From an uncultured Gemmatimonadota bacterium (lineage in GTDB: Bacteria > Gemmatimonadota > Gemmatimonadetes > Palauibacterales > Palauibacteraceae): 64,000 nt of DNA. The stretch's first letter is position 1. Each line of letters opens with the position of its first letter. Location of the stretch: contig CAZFDK010000009.1 in NCBI GenBank assembly GCA_964518305.1, positions 13,754-77,753 on the forward strand, in the 5' to 3' direction. A program made the position numbers and the translations under genes. Below are positions 50,386-60,792 of the stretch, one piece after another. A model generated the notes under the pieces. The model saw only the letters and a list, made by a program, of their open reading frames with translations, did not search any database and had not been told where the DNA came from.

Positions 50386-51528
50386 TCAGTTCCCGCCGGC
50401 CTCCGGGCCGTCCGGCCCGCCGCCCCCTCCGGCGGCCGCCCGCTCTGCCAGGTCCAGGGGTGAACACCGCTCCCCGGCGGTCCAGGAGATCTCGCCGGGA
50501 TCGCCGGCGCTGTCCGGCCACAGGGCCGCCAGACGGACGGAGCTGGCCCCGTACTGCCGGAGGAAGTGGACGCGTCCGTAGGGCCCGTCGGCGGCCGCGA
50601 CGTAGCCGTAGGCCCGCTTGCCGCCCGACGCGTCGTAGCGGTGCAGGCGCACCCACCGTGGCGTGTATCCCTCGTCGGAGCTGTATCGGGCCAGGTAGAA
50701 GAGCGAGACCGCCGAGTCCGAGGGGGGCGCCGGGGCCAGGGTATCTCCTATGAGGTAGCTGGCCGCCATGCCCGCCCGCTGGCTGCCGGGGTACGGCACC
50801 GCCGCGAGGTCGACGAGCTCCGCCAGGAAGGCCCGCTCGATGCCCTCCTCCCCCAGGAGCCGCTCGGCGAGGATCGGGGCGAAGAGGCGGATCCGGTCGT
50901 CGGGCTCGGCCCGGACGCCCGGGCCGGGCTCCGCGGCCCACGTCCCGCCGGGCATCGCCAGGGCCTCGTCCGGCACCGGCGCCCCGGGGGCCACGAACAC
51001 CTGACCCTCGGCCACCGGCGGGCAGGAGGGATCCGGCGAGCGGCTCCCGGAGAGCACCAGGGAGCCGGCGCGCCGGGAGGCGGAGTGGAGCGCCAGCTCC
51101 CGGCCGGACGGGTGGAAGGCGGAGTCGAAGCGGGCCCGCCACGCCCGGGGCGTGGTGTCCGGGAGAGTCAGCTCCCGGAGCCTGCCGTCGGGTCCGAAGC
51201 GTGCCGCCGGTGCGGCCAGCGCCCTCCCCGAGGGATCCACCCGGACATAGTAGAGGAGGGGCGGCCGCGGGAGCGGCGGTAGCGGCTCGGGCTCGACCGC
51301 CGCGCTGTCTTCCGCGGAGGCGGGGCCGCCCTCTGGCTCCTCGATTCCGATCCGGGCCCCCGACCACTCCACGTCGCATCCACCGGCCCAGGCCGGCGCC
51401 AGGAGGGCCAGGACGAAGAGGGCGAGGCGCGCGGAAGGGGCGAACGCTCGGGGCACGTGGCGGGTCGGCTCGGGATGACTCACGGGCGGCGCCAAGGTAG
51501 GATGTCGATGCGGATCGGGAAAGCTCAT
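50386..51528 (-). CDS. Hypothetical lipoprotein
   Basis: Hydrophobic stretch ending LALLAPAWAGGC (lipobox); fills the gap between flanking genes. Confidence 0.6.
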   Translation of the reverse strand: MSFPDPHRHPTLAPPVSHPEPTRHVPRAFAPSARLALFVLALLAPAWAGGCDVEWSGARIGIEEPEGGPASAEDSAAVEPEPLPPLPRPPLLYYVRVDPSGRALAAPAARFGPDGRLRELTLPDTTPRAWRARFDSAFHPSGRELALHSASRRAGSLVLSGSRSPDPSCPPVAEGQVFVAPGAPVPDEALAMPGGTWAAEPGPGVRAEPDDRIRLFAPILAERLLGEEGIERAFLAELVDLAAVPYPGSQRAGMAASYLIGDTLAPAPPSDSAVSLFYLARYSSDEGYTPRWVRLHRYDASGGKRAYGYVAAADGPYGRVHFLRQYGASSVRLAALWPDSAGDPGEISWTAGERCSPLDLAERAAAGGGGGPDGPEAGGN

Positions 51529-51572
51529 CGCCTTCCCGGAGACGGGAAGGGCGCAGAACACGGAGAGGGCCC

Positions 51573-52529
51573 TTGGCGGATCTCGGCTTCTATCACCACG
51601 GCGCCTGTTCCCGGCACGATACCGGCTGGCGGCACCCCGAGCACCAGGGCCGTCTGCGGGGACTGATGAAGGCCCTGGAGACGGAGATGCTGGACCTCCA
51701 GGGACACTTCACCCCCGTGGAGGGCCGGCTGGCCGGGCGCGACCGCCTGGGGCGAGTGCACGACGCTGCCCACGTGGACGCCATCCGCGATGCGGCGGAG
51801 CGCGCCGGGGAAGCCGGCGAGACCGTCAACCTGGAGCCGGACACCGTCGTCTCCGGCGGGTCGTGGCAGGCGGCCCGCGCCGCCACGGGATGCGCCGTCG
51901 ACGCCGTGGAGGCGGTGGCCCGCGGCGAGCACGGGTCCGCCTTCTGCGGCGTCCGCCCTCCCGGTCACCACGCCACGCCGAATCGCGCCATGGGCTTCTG
52001 CCTGCTGAACCACGTGGCGGTGGCGGGGCGGCACGCGGTGGAGGAGGGCCTCGTCGACCGTGTCCTGGTCGCGGACTGGGACGTCCACCACGGCAACGGC
52101 ACGCAGGAGATCTTCTGGCGGGACCCGTCAGTCTTCTACTTTTCGCTCCACCAGAGTCCCTTCTATCCCGGCACGGGTGCCGAGGACGAGCGCGGCGAGG
52201 GACCGGGCGAGGGCGCGACGCTGAACCGCCCCATGCCCGCCGGCCTGGAGCCGGAGCGCTACGTGGAGGCCTTCGTGGAGGGGGTCGATCGTGTCGAAGA
52301 GCTCGGCTTCGAGCCGGAGCTGGTGCTGGTGTCGGCGGGGTTCGACGGGTGTGCGGACGACCCCCTCGGGGGGTTCACGCTGGAGGCGGAGCACTATCGG
52401 GAGATGACGCGCCGGGTGAAGGAGGCGGCGGACGGGCGCGTCGTGTCGGTCATGGAAGGCGGGTACGACACGGACGCCCTGGGCCGATGCGCAGTGGCCC
52501 ACATGAAGGAACTCGCCGGGACCCCCTGA
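51573..52529 (+). CDS. Histone deacetylase family protein
   Basis: HPE, RPPGHHA, MGFCLLN, DWDVHHGNGT, YPGTG, SAGFD, EGGY. Confidence 0.95.
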   Translation: MADLGFYHHGACSRHDTGWRHPEHQGRLRGLMKALETEMLDLQGHFTPVEGRLAGRDRLGRVHDAAHVDAIRDAAERAGEAGETVNLEPDTVVSGGSWQAARAATGCAVDAVEAVARGEHGSAFCGVRPPGHHATPNRAMGFCLLNHVAVAGRHAVEEGLVDRVLVADWDVHHGNGTQEIFWRDPSVFYFSLHQSPFYPGTGAEDERGEGPGEGATLNRPMPAGLEPERYVEAFVEGVDRVEELGFEPELVLVSAGFDGCADDPLGGFTLEAEHYREMTRRVKEAADGRVVSVMEGGYDTDALGRCAVAHMKELAGTP

Positions 52530-52581
52530 GCCCGGCGGACGAGCACGAAAGGGAGCGCAGCAGCCGGGAGGCCATGACGAG

Positions 52582-53811
52582 GTGAAGGCCACACTGGACG
52601 ACGAGTTTCGACGGCGGGCCGGGGAGGCCCTGCGCGACAGCGGGATCGACGGCTGGCTCCTCTACGGGCTCGAGGAGCGCAATCCGGTGATCCAGGACGT
52701 GCTCGGCGTGGCGGCTGACCCGCCGTCCCGCCGGTACTTCCTCTTCCTGCGTCCGGGCCGCGACCCGGCCGTCCTCTGCCACCGCATCGAGATGCAGCCC
52801 TTCGAGGAGTGGCCCGGGACGGTGCGGAGCTACGTGGGATGGCGCGAGATGGAGGACGCCCTGGCCGAGATGCTCGAGGGATGCGCCCGGGTGGCCATGG
52901 AGGTCTCCGAGCGGGACGCGGTCCCCTTCGTCGATCACGTTCCGGCCGGCGTGCGGGACCTGGTGGCCTCGCTGGGGCCAAAGGTCACGGGCTCGGCGGA
53001 GCTGATCGCGCGGAGCAGCGCCCGGTGGGGCGCCGAGGGCCGGCGCCACCACGACCGCTCCAGCCGGGTACTGGCGGAGGTCGCGAAGACGGCCTTCCGC
53101 CGCGCAGCCGACTCGATCTCCGGCGCCGGGACCCCCACGTCTCCCGTCACGGAGGCGGGGCTGTCGGAGTGGATCCTGGGCCGCCTGCGGGACCGGGGTC
53201 TGGACGAGGTGGACACCATCGTGGCCTTCGGCCCCAACGCTGCCAACCCGCACTACGACCCGCCGGAGGAGGGCTCGCGTCGGGTCGGTCCCGGCGAGGC
53301 GTTCCTGGTGGACCTGTGGGGACGGGAGGCCGGCGAGCCCCGGGCCGTCTTCGCGGATCAGACGTGGATGGGCGTCCTGGGAGCCGAGCTCGGGTCGTCC
53401 TTTCGCGAGGCGTGGGAGGCCGTTCGTGACGCCCGGGACGAGACGGTGCGCTTCATCTCCGAACGGTGGGAGGAGGGGCGTCCTCCCACGGGCGCCGAAG
53501 CCGACCGCGCAGCCCGCCGCGTGCTGGTGGAGCGGGGCTACGAGGACGCCATCTTCCACCGCACCGGGCACGGCATGGACCGCGCCCTGCACGGCTTCGG
53601 GCCCAACCTGGACAGCGTGGAGACCCGGGACGAGCGCCCCCTGTCGGAGGGCGTGGGGTTCAGCGTGGAGCCGGGCGTCTACCTCGAGGGTCGGTTCGGC
53701 GTCCGCTCCGAGATCAACGTCCACGTGACCCCGGACGGGCCCGAGGTGACGACGCCCGACGTTCAGGAGGAGCCGTGGACGACCTGGGAACTGGAGGGGA
53801 CGGGGCCGTGA
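52582..53811 (+). CDS. M24 family Xaa-Pro peptidase
   Basis: NAANPHY, LVDLWG, ADQTW, HRTGHG, FSVEPGVY, GVRSE. Confidence 0.9.
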   Translation: MKATLDDEFRRRAGEALRDSGIDGWLLYGLEERNPVIQDVLGVAADPPSRRYFLFLRPGRDPAVLCHRIEMQPFEEWPGTVRSYVGWREMEDALAEMLEGCARVAMEVSERDAVPFVDHVPAGVRDLVASLGPKVTGSAELIARSSARWGAEGRRHHDRSSRVLAEVAKTAFRRAADSISGAGTPTSPVTEAGLSEWILGRLRDRGLDEVDTIVAFGPNAANPHYDPPEEGSRRVGPGEAFLVDLWGREAGEPRAVFADQTWMGVLGAELGSSFREAWEAVRDARDETVRFISERWEEGRPPTGAEADRAARRVLVERGYEDAIFHRTGHGMDRALHGFGPNLDSVETRDERPLSEGVGFSVEPGVYLEGRFGVRSEINVHVTPDGPEVTTPDVQEEPWTTWELEGTGP

Positions 53812-54845
53812 GGATCGAGTGGGAGAGGATCCGTGCCGAGACCGCGGACCCGTTCACCACCAGCCGCTCCACGAGCACGGAGGTCGAGCGCGTGTGGGTG
53901 CGGATCGGGGCCGGGGGCGTCGAGGGCTGGGGTGAGGCGGATCCGTCTCGCTACTACGGCGAGTCGGCCGCCACGGTCGATGCGGCCCTGCGGGAGATGC
54001 GCCCCGCCGTGGAGGAGGCCGACGGGCCGGAGCCGATGCAGGCGCTGGAGAGGGAGCTGGACCGGAGGATCGGCGGGAACAGGGCGGCGAAGGCCGCCGT
54101 CGTCGCAGCCCTCCTCGATCTCCGCGGCAAGGCGATCGGAGAGCCGCTGTGGCGCCTCTGGGGACTGGACCCCGGGGAAGCGCCGCTCAGCTCCTTCACG
54201 GTGGGCATGGACGACCCGGCGTCGGTGGCCGAGAAGATCGAGCGGGCTCCGGACTACCCCGTCCTCAAGGTGAAGCTGGGCGGCGCACGCGACGAGGAGA
54301 TCCTTGCCGCCGTCCGCCATGCCGCCCCGGACCGCCGGATCCGGGTCGACGCCAACGCCGCCTGGTCGGCGAAGGAGGCGCTGTGGAAGATCGGCACCCT
54401 GGCCGACCACGGCGTGGAGTTCGTGGAGCAGCCCCTGCCGCCCGAGGACCGCGACGGCCTGCGGATGGTCTGCGAGCGGTCGCCGCTCCCGGTGATCCTG
54501 GACGAGTCCTGTCAGACCGCCTCCGACGTCCCGGATCTGGTGGGCCTGGCGGACGGGGTGAATATCAAGCTGGCCAAGTGCGGCGGCCCCCTGGAGGCCT
54601 TCCGTGCCGTGCACGCCGCCCGCGCCTGCAGCCTCCAGGTGATGATGGGCTGCATGCTGGAGACGACCCTGGGAATCGCGCCGGCGGCGCACCTGGCGCC
54701 GCTCCTGGACTACGCCGACCTGGACGGTGCAGCGCTCCTGGACGACGACCCCTTCCGGGGCCCCGGCATCGACGGCGAGGGCCGGATCCGCGTTTCCGAC
54801 GAGCCCGGCCTGGGCGTCTCGCTGACCGGTGAGTCACCGCACTAG
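53808..54845 (+). CDS. Dipeptide epimerase (L-Ala-D/L-Glu epimerase, enolase superfamily)
   Basis: GWGEA, KVKLG, RVDAN, EQP, DES, NIKLAKCGG, GCM.E, DLDG. Confidence 0.92.
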   Translation: MRIEWERIRAETADPFTTSRSTSTEVERVWVRIGAGGVEGWGEADPSRYYGESAATVDAALREMRPAVEEADGPEPMQALERELDRRIGGNRAAKAAVVAALLDLRGKAIGEPLWRLWGLDPGEAPLSSFTVGMDDPASVAEKIERAPDYPVLKVKLGGARDEEILAAVRHAAPDRRIRVDANAAWSAKEALWKIGTLADHGVEFVEQPLPPEDRDGLRMVCERSPLPVILDESCQTASDVPDLVGLADGVNIKLAKCGGPLEAFRAVHAARACSLQVMMGCMLETTLGIAPAAHLAPLLDYADLDGAALLDDDPFRGPGIDGEGRIRVSDEPGLGVSLTGESPH

Positions 54846-54857
54846 CGCGAGACTCCG

Positions 54858-57398
54858 CTACAGAAGCGCTTCCGGGTCCCGATCGATCTCCAGCCTCCGG
54901 TCGCCGGAGGGCTGCCCGTGGCGGGCGTCGAGGTAGCGGATCACCGCCCCCAGCGGTCCCGGGTCGTCGGACTTGAGCAGGAAGTGCCAGCGCCAGCGTT
55001 CCCGCAGCCGCTCGATGGGGCAGGGGGCCGGACCGACCACGTCCACGCCCTCCAGACCGTGCTCCTCCACCAGGCCCCGCGTCCACCTCGTCAGCTCGTC
55101 CGCCAGGGCTTCCACCGGTGCCGGCTCGGGCCCGCTCACCACCAGGTTGGCGAGCCTCCGGTGCGGCGGGTAGCCGGGCAGCTCCCGGTCCTCGAGCTCC
55201 CGCTCGGCGAAGCCCTCGTAGTCGTGGTCCACGGCGGACTCCAGGGCGAAGTGCTCCGGGCGGGCGGTCTGCACCAGCACCTCGCCCGGCGTCTCCCCGC
55301 GCCCGGCCCGCCCCGCGACCTGCGACAGGAGCTGGAAGGTCCGCTCTGAGGCCCGGAAGTCCGGCAGATTCAGGCCCACGTCCGCGTTCACCACCCCCAC
55401 CAGGGTGACGCCGGGCAGGTCCAGCCCCTTGGCGATCATCTGCGTGCCGAGCAGCACGTCGGCGTCCCCCTGCTTCACCCGCTTCAGAATCTTCTGGTGC
55501 GCCCACTTCGTGCTCGTGGTGTCCACGTCCATCCGGGCCACCCGCACGTCGGGAAAGATCTCGCCCAGCCGGCGCTCGACCTGCTCCGTACCGGCCCCGA
55601 CGAAGCGGGGCTCGGGCTCTCCGCACTCGTCGCACACCTCGGGCGCCGGAGCCTCGAAGGCGCAGTGGTGGCACGTCATCCGGTCCCGGCCCCGGTGATA
55701 GGTGAGCGAGACGCTGCACCGGTGGCACTCCCACACCTTCCCGCACCCCGGACACTGGACGAAGTTGCTGTATCCGCGCCGGTTGAGGAGGAGGATGGAC
55801 TGCTCCCCTCGCTCCAGCCGGTCCTCCAGGGCCGACAGGAGCCGGCCCGTGAAGAGGGTGGGCCCCGGGGAGGAGCGCTCCTCCGCGACGGACCGCGTGC
55901 CGCTCCCGCCGCCGTGGTCCTCGCCGCCGGCCCCGTCGACAGTGGCTGACTCGTCGGTCAGGTCCACCAGCTCCACGTCCGGCAGCGGATTGGGCGTCAC
56001 CCGCTCCGGCAGCTCGAAGCCCCGGTACCGGCCACGGGCGGCCAGGGCCCAGCTCTCCAGCGAGGGGGTGGCCGACCCGAGGAGGCAGAGGGCGCCCTGC
56101 AGCCGGCAGCGCATCGCCGCCACGGCCCGGGCGTGGTACCGCGGGGTGTCGGACTGCTTGTAGCTGCCCTCGTGCTCCTCGTCCACCACCACGGCGCCCA
56201 GGTCCCGGACGGGGGCGAACACCGCCGAGCGCGCGCCCACGGCCACCCTCTTCCGTCCCTCGCGCAGCGCCTGCCACTCGTCGAAGCGCTCCCCGGCGGA
56301 GAGGCCGGAGTGGAGGACCGCCACCCGGTCGCCGAACCGGGCCCGGAAGCGGCGGACGGTCTGGGGCGTGAGCGAAATCTCCGGCACCAGGACCACGGCG
56401 CCACGCCCCTGCCCGTTGACGAGCTCCTCCAGCAGCTCCAGGTAGACCAGGGTCTTCCCGGAGCCGGTGACCCCGCGGAGGAGGGCCACCCCGGGGGCCT
56501 CCTCCGCCGCCTGTCCCCTCAGCCCGTCGATGACCTCCCGCTGGGCGTCCGTGGGCGTCAGGACGGGCCGCTCCTGGGCCTCCTGGCCGCCGTAGGGGTC
56601 CCGCTCCACCCGCTCCTCCACGATCTCGGCCACGTCGCGCTCCGCCAGCCCGCGCACCACCGAGCGGCTGAAGCCCAGGTGGCTCTCCAGGTGGGCCACC
56701 GTGGCCTCTCCTCCCAGGGCCTCCAGCACCTCGTAGGCCTCCTGCTGGCGGTGGGCGCGGCCGAAGGCCTCCTCCCGCGCCTGGAGCGTCGGCAGCTCCC
56801 GTGTCAGGCGGGCGACCTGCTGGGTCTGCTCCGGGCCGCCGGTCTCCGGCGACTCCTCCTCGACGGTGATCAGGCCCCGGTCCCGGAGGCCCCGGACCAC
56901 GGGCCAGATGGCCGACACGCCGGTGTCGCTCCTCAGCGTGGTGACCAGGAGCCCGTCCCGGGCACGGTTCAGGCGCTCCAGGACGCGATGCTGGCCCTCG
57001 GTGAGCTCCGATCCGTTCTTCGGGCTGACCTCCGCGTCGACGTCCGACGCCATCCGCACCCGGAAGGAGGATTCGGAGAAAAGGCCCGGCGGTAGCGCCG
57101 CGCGGAGCACGAGGCCCGGCGGGGCCACGTAGTAGCGGGCCACCCACCGGCAGAGCTCGAGGAGGGGTTCCGGCAGGAGGGGCTCCGGGTCCAGCGCGTC
57201 GATCACGGCGCGGACGTCCGACAGCTCCGCCTCCTGCTCCAGGGAGTCCACGATTCCCACCAGCTTCCGGGGGCCGAACGGGACCAGCACGCGGGATCCG
57301 GGCCGGACGCGGTCCCGGAGGCCGCCGGGGATCCGGTACACGAAGGTCTGCCGCAGCGGCCTGGGCAGGGCGACCTGGCAGTACGTCGGCTCGTCCAT
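54858..57398 (-). CDS. priA: Primosomal protein N'
   Basis: GVTGSGKT, VPEISLTPQ, DEEHE.SYKQ, GSATPS, LNRRGY, two CxxC Zn pairs, GTQMIAKGLD, QVAGRAGR. Confidence 0.98.
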   Translation of the reverse strand: MDEPTYCQVALPRPLRQTFVYRIPGGLRDRVRPGSRVLVPFGPRKLVGIVDSLEQEAELSDVRAVIDALDPEPLLPEPLLELCRWVARYYVAPPGLVLRAALPPGLFSESSFRVRMASDVDAEVSPKNGSELTEGQHRVLERLNRARDGLLVTTLRSDTGVSAIWPVVRGLRDRGLITVEEESPETGGPEQTQQVARLTRELPTLQAREEAFGRAHRQQEAYEVLEALGGEATVAHLESHLGFSRSVVRGLAERDVAEIVEERVERDPYGGQEAQERPVLTPTDAQREVIDGLRGQAAEEAPGVALLRGVTGSGKTLVYLELLEELVNGQGRGAVVLVPEISLTPQTVRRFRARFGDRVAVLHSGLSAGERFDEWQALREGRKRVAVGARSAVFAPVRDLGAVVVDEEHEGSYKQSDTPRYHARAVAAMRCRLQGALCLLGSATPSLESWALAARGRYRGFELPERVTPNPLPDVELVDLTDESATVDGAGGEDHGGGSGTRSVAEERSSPGPTLFTGRLLSALEDRLERGEQSILLLNRRGYSNFVQCPGCGKVWECHRCSVSLTYHRGRDRMTCHHCAFEAPAPEVCDECGEPEPRFVGAGTEQVERRLGEIFPDVRVARMDVDTTSTKWAHQKILKRVKQGDADVLLGTQMIAKGLDLPGVTLVGVVNADVGLNLPDFRASERTFQLLSQVAGRAGRGETPGEVLVQTARPEHFALESAVDHDYEGFAERELEDRELPGYPPHRRLANLVVSGPEPAPVEALADELTRWTRGLVEEHGLEGVDVVGPAPCPIERLRERWRWHFLLKSDDPGPLGAVIRYLDARHGQPSGDRRLEIDRDPEALL

Positions 57399-57534
57399 CG
57401 CGGCGATCCGGTCGTGCGGCACTGGCGGGAAGGGGAAGTCCGGCGGAGCAGCGGGCCCCATTCTACCGGACGGGCTGACCGGGGTGCCAGCCGCGGGGCT
57501 CCGCGCGAGCGTCACCCGACAGGTCGGACACTTC

Positions 57535-57563
57535 TTGATCGGCCGGAGTATGAGAGGTAGAAT
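57535..57563 (+). promoter_or_regulatory. Sigma-70-type promoter for the HNH gene
   Basis: TTGATC-N17-TAGAAT followed by a GAGGAGG RBS. Confidence 0.6.
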
Positions 57564-57592
57564 CGGCCAAACCGAGGAGGTTGTCCCGGAGC

Positions 57593-58141
57593 ATGAACTG
57601 TCTGACGCTCAACGCCTCGTACGAGCCGCTGACGCTCGTGCCGGTCGAGCGAGCGATCCGTCTCGTGATCGACGAGAAGGCGGTTCCGCTGGAGGTGGAC
57701 GAGGACCGGCCGTACCGGTCCGAGGACCTGGAGATGTCGGCGCCGGTGGTCATCCGGCTCGTCCGGTACGTCCACGTGCCGCGCCGCTTCAGACGCCAGG
57801 TGACGAACACCTTCCTGTTCGCCCGCGACGAGTATCGGTGCCAGTACTGCGGGCGTCACAAGAGCGATCTCGGATACCGGGAGTCGCTCACCCGCGACCA
57901 CGTCGTACCCAAGTCGCGCGGGGGAGGGAACGACTGGGAGAACGTGGTCACCGCGTGCAGCCGCTGTAACCGGACCAAGGGCGATCGGCTTCCCCGGGAG
58001 TGCGGGATGGAGCTGCGCACGGACCCGCGCGAGCCGAACCACGTGCAGCTGGAGTGGAAGGTTCGGAAGGTGACCCCGACGCAGGCCAAGTACATCGCCA
58101 TGTTCTACGGCGAGGAGGTCCTCTCGGCGCTCACGCGCTGA
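57593..58141 (+). CDS. HNH endonuclease (McrA-like)
   Basis: LNASYEPL, P.VIRL..Y, RD.YRCQYCG, TRDHVVPKSRGG...WENVVTACSRCN..KG. Confidence 0.92.
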   Translation: MNCLTLNASYEPLTLVPVERAIRLVIDEKAVPLEVDEDRPYRSEDLEMSAPVVIRLVRYVHVPRRFRRQVTNTFLFARDEYRCQYCGRHKSDLGYRESLTRDHVVPKSRGGGNDWENVVTACSRCNRTKGDRLPRECGMELRTDPREPNHVQLEWKVRKVTPTQAKYIAMFYGEEVLSALTR

Positions 58142-58285
58142 GCGCCCCGACGGACCGGCCGGCCGCCCCTGACCATGCGGTCAACGCGGTCGACATCCTC
58201 CATCCGGGGCGGAGTGGCCGGGGAACGCGGCGTTCCCCGAGCCTGAATCCCGGGCGCTCCTTCCACCCGCCAACCCTTCGAATCC

Positions 58286-58795
58286 ATGGGCATCGGCAAC
58301 TTCGGCCTCACCGAGCTCCTGGTCCTCGCCGTCCTCGTGCTGGTCTTCTTCGGTCCCCAGCGCCTTCCGGAGATCGCCCGGGGAATCGGCAAGGCCATGC
58401 GCGAGTTCAAGAAGGGGATGAACGAGGTCCAGCGTGAGTTCGAGGAGCTGGAGCGGCAGCAGCGCGAGAGCAAAACCGAGGAGGAGCGGGCCCGATCACG
58501 GACGTCGCGCCCGGAGGCCGGAGAGAAGGTTCGGCCGCCCGGAGAGGCCGGCGAGGGGGACCAGGACGGCATCCCCACCTTCGGCGGCGCCCGGCAGGAC
58601 CGGGAGTCGGGCGAGGGGACCGCCGAGGAGAGCCCCGAGCCGGTGGAGCGGCCGGAGGCCAGTGAGCCCGAGCGCCGGCGTCCGGCAGAGGCCGGGGAAG
58701 CCCGGGACGAGGACGTCGACGGGCCCGAGGACGACCGCACGGAAACGGCGGAATCGGACGAAGACGACGGCGAGGAGGCGAGCCGTGACGGATAG
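58286..58795 (+). CDS. Twin-arginine translocase TatA/TatB subunit with long acidic tail
   Basis: ELLVLAVLVLVFFGPQRLPEIARGIGKAMREFKK. Confidence 0.9.
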   Translation: MGIGNFGLTELLVLAVLVLVFFGPQRLPEIARGIGKAMREFKKGMNEVQREFEELERQQRESKTEEERARSRTSRPEAGEKVRPPGEAGEGDQDGIPTFGGARQDRESGEGTAEESPEPVERPEASEPERRRPAEAGEARDEDVDGPEDDRTETAESDEDDGEEASRDG

Positions 58796-59963
58796 CGAGA
58801 CGCCTGCCGGCGCCGGTGCCGCACGGCGGGCGGCAGCCGACCGCGGCGAGCTGCCGGACTTCGAGATGGAGCGCTGGCAGTCGCGGCACGAGCACCACGT
58901 CGACTACAACCTCTCGGACAGCGGGGCACACCCGTTCACCCTGGACGAGCTCCTGCAGGAGACGGCCGGGGGGGTGGGCGACCAGCTCCTGGGCTACGTG
59001 CAGACGAACGGGACCATCCCCCTCCGCCAGCGGATCGCCGCCCTCTATGCGGAGGCCGGCCCCCGGAACGTGCTCGTCACCACCGGTGGGGCGGAGGCCA
59101 ACTTCCTGGCCCTTTGGGAGCTGGTCTCCGCCGGCGATCGGGTGGTCTTCCAGCTCCCAACCTATGGGCAGACGCCCGGACTCGCCCGATGGCTCGGGGC
59201 CGAGGTGGACAGCTTTCGCCTCGAGGAGGACCGGGGATGGACGGTGGCGCCCGGGGAGGCCCGGGAGGCCATCAGCCCGGACACCCGACTGGTCGTGGCC
59301 ACCAATCCCAACAATCCGACGGGGGCGCGCCTTTCGGCCGACACCCGGGAGGAGATCGTCCAGGCGGCGGCCGATGCCGGCGCCTGGATCCTCTCCGACG
59401 AGGTCTACCGGGGGGCGGAGCTCGACGGACGGGAGACCGAGAGCATGTGGGGAGACTACGAACGCGTGCTCGTCACCCACTCGCTCTCGAAGGCCTACGG
59501 CCTGCCCGGCCTCCGGCTGGGCTGGCTCGTCGCCCCCCGGGAGGCCACCGACCGCCTGTGGGGACGGAAGGACTACACGAGCATCGCTCCGGCGGCGCTC
59601 TCGGACCGTCTGGCCACCGCCGCTCTCGCCCCGGAGCACCGTCCGGCGGTCCTGGAGCGGACGCGGCAGCTCCTGCGGGAGAACCTGGAGCGCCTCACGG
59701 GATGGCTCGACCGGCGTCCGGAGCTGTTCTCCTACCGGGAGCCTGAGGCCGGGGCTATATGCTTCGTCCGCTACCGGATGGGCGTGAATTCCACCGAGCT
59801 GGCCGACCGTCTCCGTCGGGAGAAGAGCGTCCTCCTGGTGCCCGGTGACCAATTCGGTATGGACGGCTACCTGCGGATCGGCTTCGGCAACCCCTCCTCG
59901 GAGCTGGAATCGGCCCTGGACCGGGTCGGGGCCCTCGTGGAAGAGATCGCCGGCCACGGATAG
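58785..59963 (+). CDS. Aminotransferase class I/II (PLP-dependent)
   Basis: FEMERWQS, NPNNPTG, SDEVY, SLSKAYGLPGLRLGW, LRIGFG. Confidence 0.92.
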   Translation: MTDSETPAGAGAARRAAADRGELPDFEMERWQSRHEHHVDYNLSDSGAHPFTLDELLQETAGGVGDQLLGYVQTNGTIPLRQRIAALYAEAGPRNVLVTTGGAEANFLALWELVSAGDRVVFQLPTYGQTPGLARWLGAEVDSFRLEEDRGWTVAPGEAREAISPDTRLVVATNPNNPTGARLSADTREEIVQAAADAGAWILSDEVYRGAELDGRETESMWGDYERVLVTHSLSKAYGLPGLRLGWLVAPREATDRLWGRKDYTSIAPAALSDRLATAALAPEHRPAVLERTRQLLRENLERLTGWLDRRPELFSYREPEAGAICFVRYRMGVNSTELADRLRREKSVLLVPGDQFGMDGYLRIGFGNPSSELESALDRVGALVEEIAGHG

Positions 59964-60119
59964 CCTGCGGATAGCGTCAGGAGGCGCGGGGCCGCGCGGC
60001 CCGGATCCGCCGACCCGGGGCCCCTGCGTCTGGTCCGAATGCTGCATCATCAGAGAGCCCGACGAGGAACCGATCGACGCCCTTCTCCTCAGCTCAGACA
60101 CCGCAACGGGAGGCGGACG

Positions 60120-60722
60120 ATGGCACGCTATTCACTGCCGGATCTTCCCTACGACTACGACGCTCTGGAGCCCCACATCGACGAGCAGACGATGCGGCTC
60201 CATCACGACAAGCATCACCAGGGGTACGTGGACGGTGCGAACGCCGCCCTCGACGCTCTGGAGAGCGCCCGCGAGAGCGGAGACCACGGCACCGTGAAGA
60301 AGCTCTCTCGGGACCTGGCCTTCAACGCCTCGGGGCACCTCCTCCACTCCGTGTTCTGGCCGAACATGGCTCCGGAGAGCGAGACCGGCGAGCCCGCCGG
60401 CCAGCTCGCGAGCCAGCTCGAGCAGGACTTCGGCGGAGTGGAGCAGTTCAAGGATCACTTCAGCGCCGCGGCCAAGGGCGTCGAGGGCAGCGGCTGGGGG
60501 ATCCTGGCCTGGGAGTCGCAGGGCGAGCAGCTGCTCGTGCTGCAGGCCGAGAAGCACCAGAACCTCACCGCCCAGGGCGTGACGCCGATCCTGGTCCTGG
60601 ACGTGTGGGAGCACGCCTACTACCTCAACTATCAGAACAACCGGGGGCAGTACGTGGACAACTGGTGGAACGTCGTGAACTGGAACGATGTGTCCGAGCG
60701 GCTCCGGAAGGCCCGCGGCTGA
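60120..60722 (+). CDS. sod: Superoxide dismutase [Mn/Fe]
   Basis: LPYDYDALEPHI, HHDKHH, H..H..FW, GSGW, DVWEHAYY. Confidence 0.98.
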   Translation: MARYSLPDLPYDYDALEPHIDEQTMRLHHDKHHQGYVDGANAALDALESARESGDHGTVKKLSRDLAFNASGHLLHSVFWPNMAPESETGEPAGQLASQLEQDFGGVEQFKDHFSAAAKGVEGSGWGILAWESQGEQLLVLQAEKHQNLTAQGVTPILVLDVWEHAYYLNYQNNRGQYVDNWWNVVNWNDVSERLRKARG

Positions 60723-60792
60723 CGCCCGGCGCCCGACGGCACAGTTGTCCGGCGGGCCGGCGACGGCTCCGTCGGGCCGTGGCGTGAGCTTC

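Noticed and set aside
57593-58141. HNH nuclease as a possible mobile or defence element
   Set aside because: A solitary member of a widespread chromosomal family, with no flanking repeats, methylase or other defence genes.
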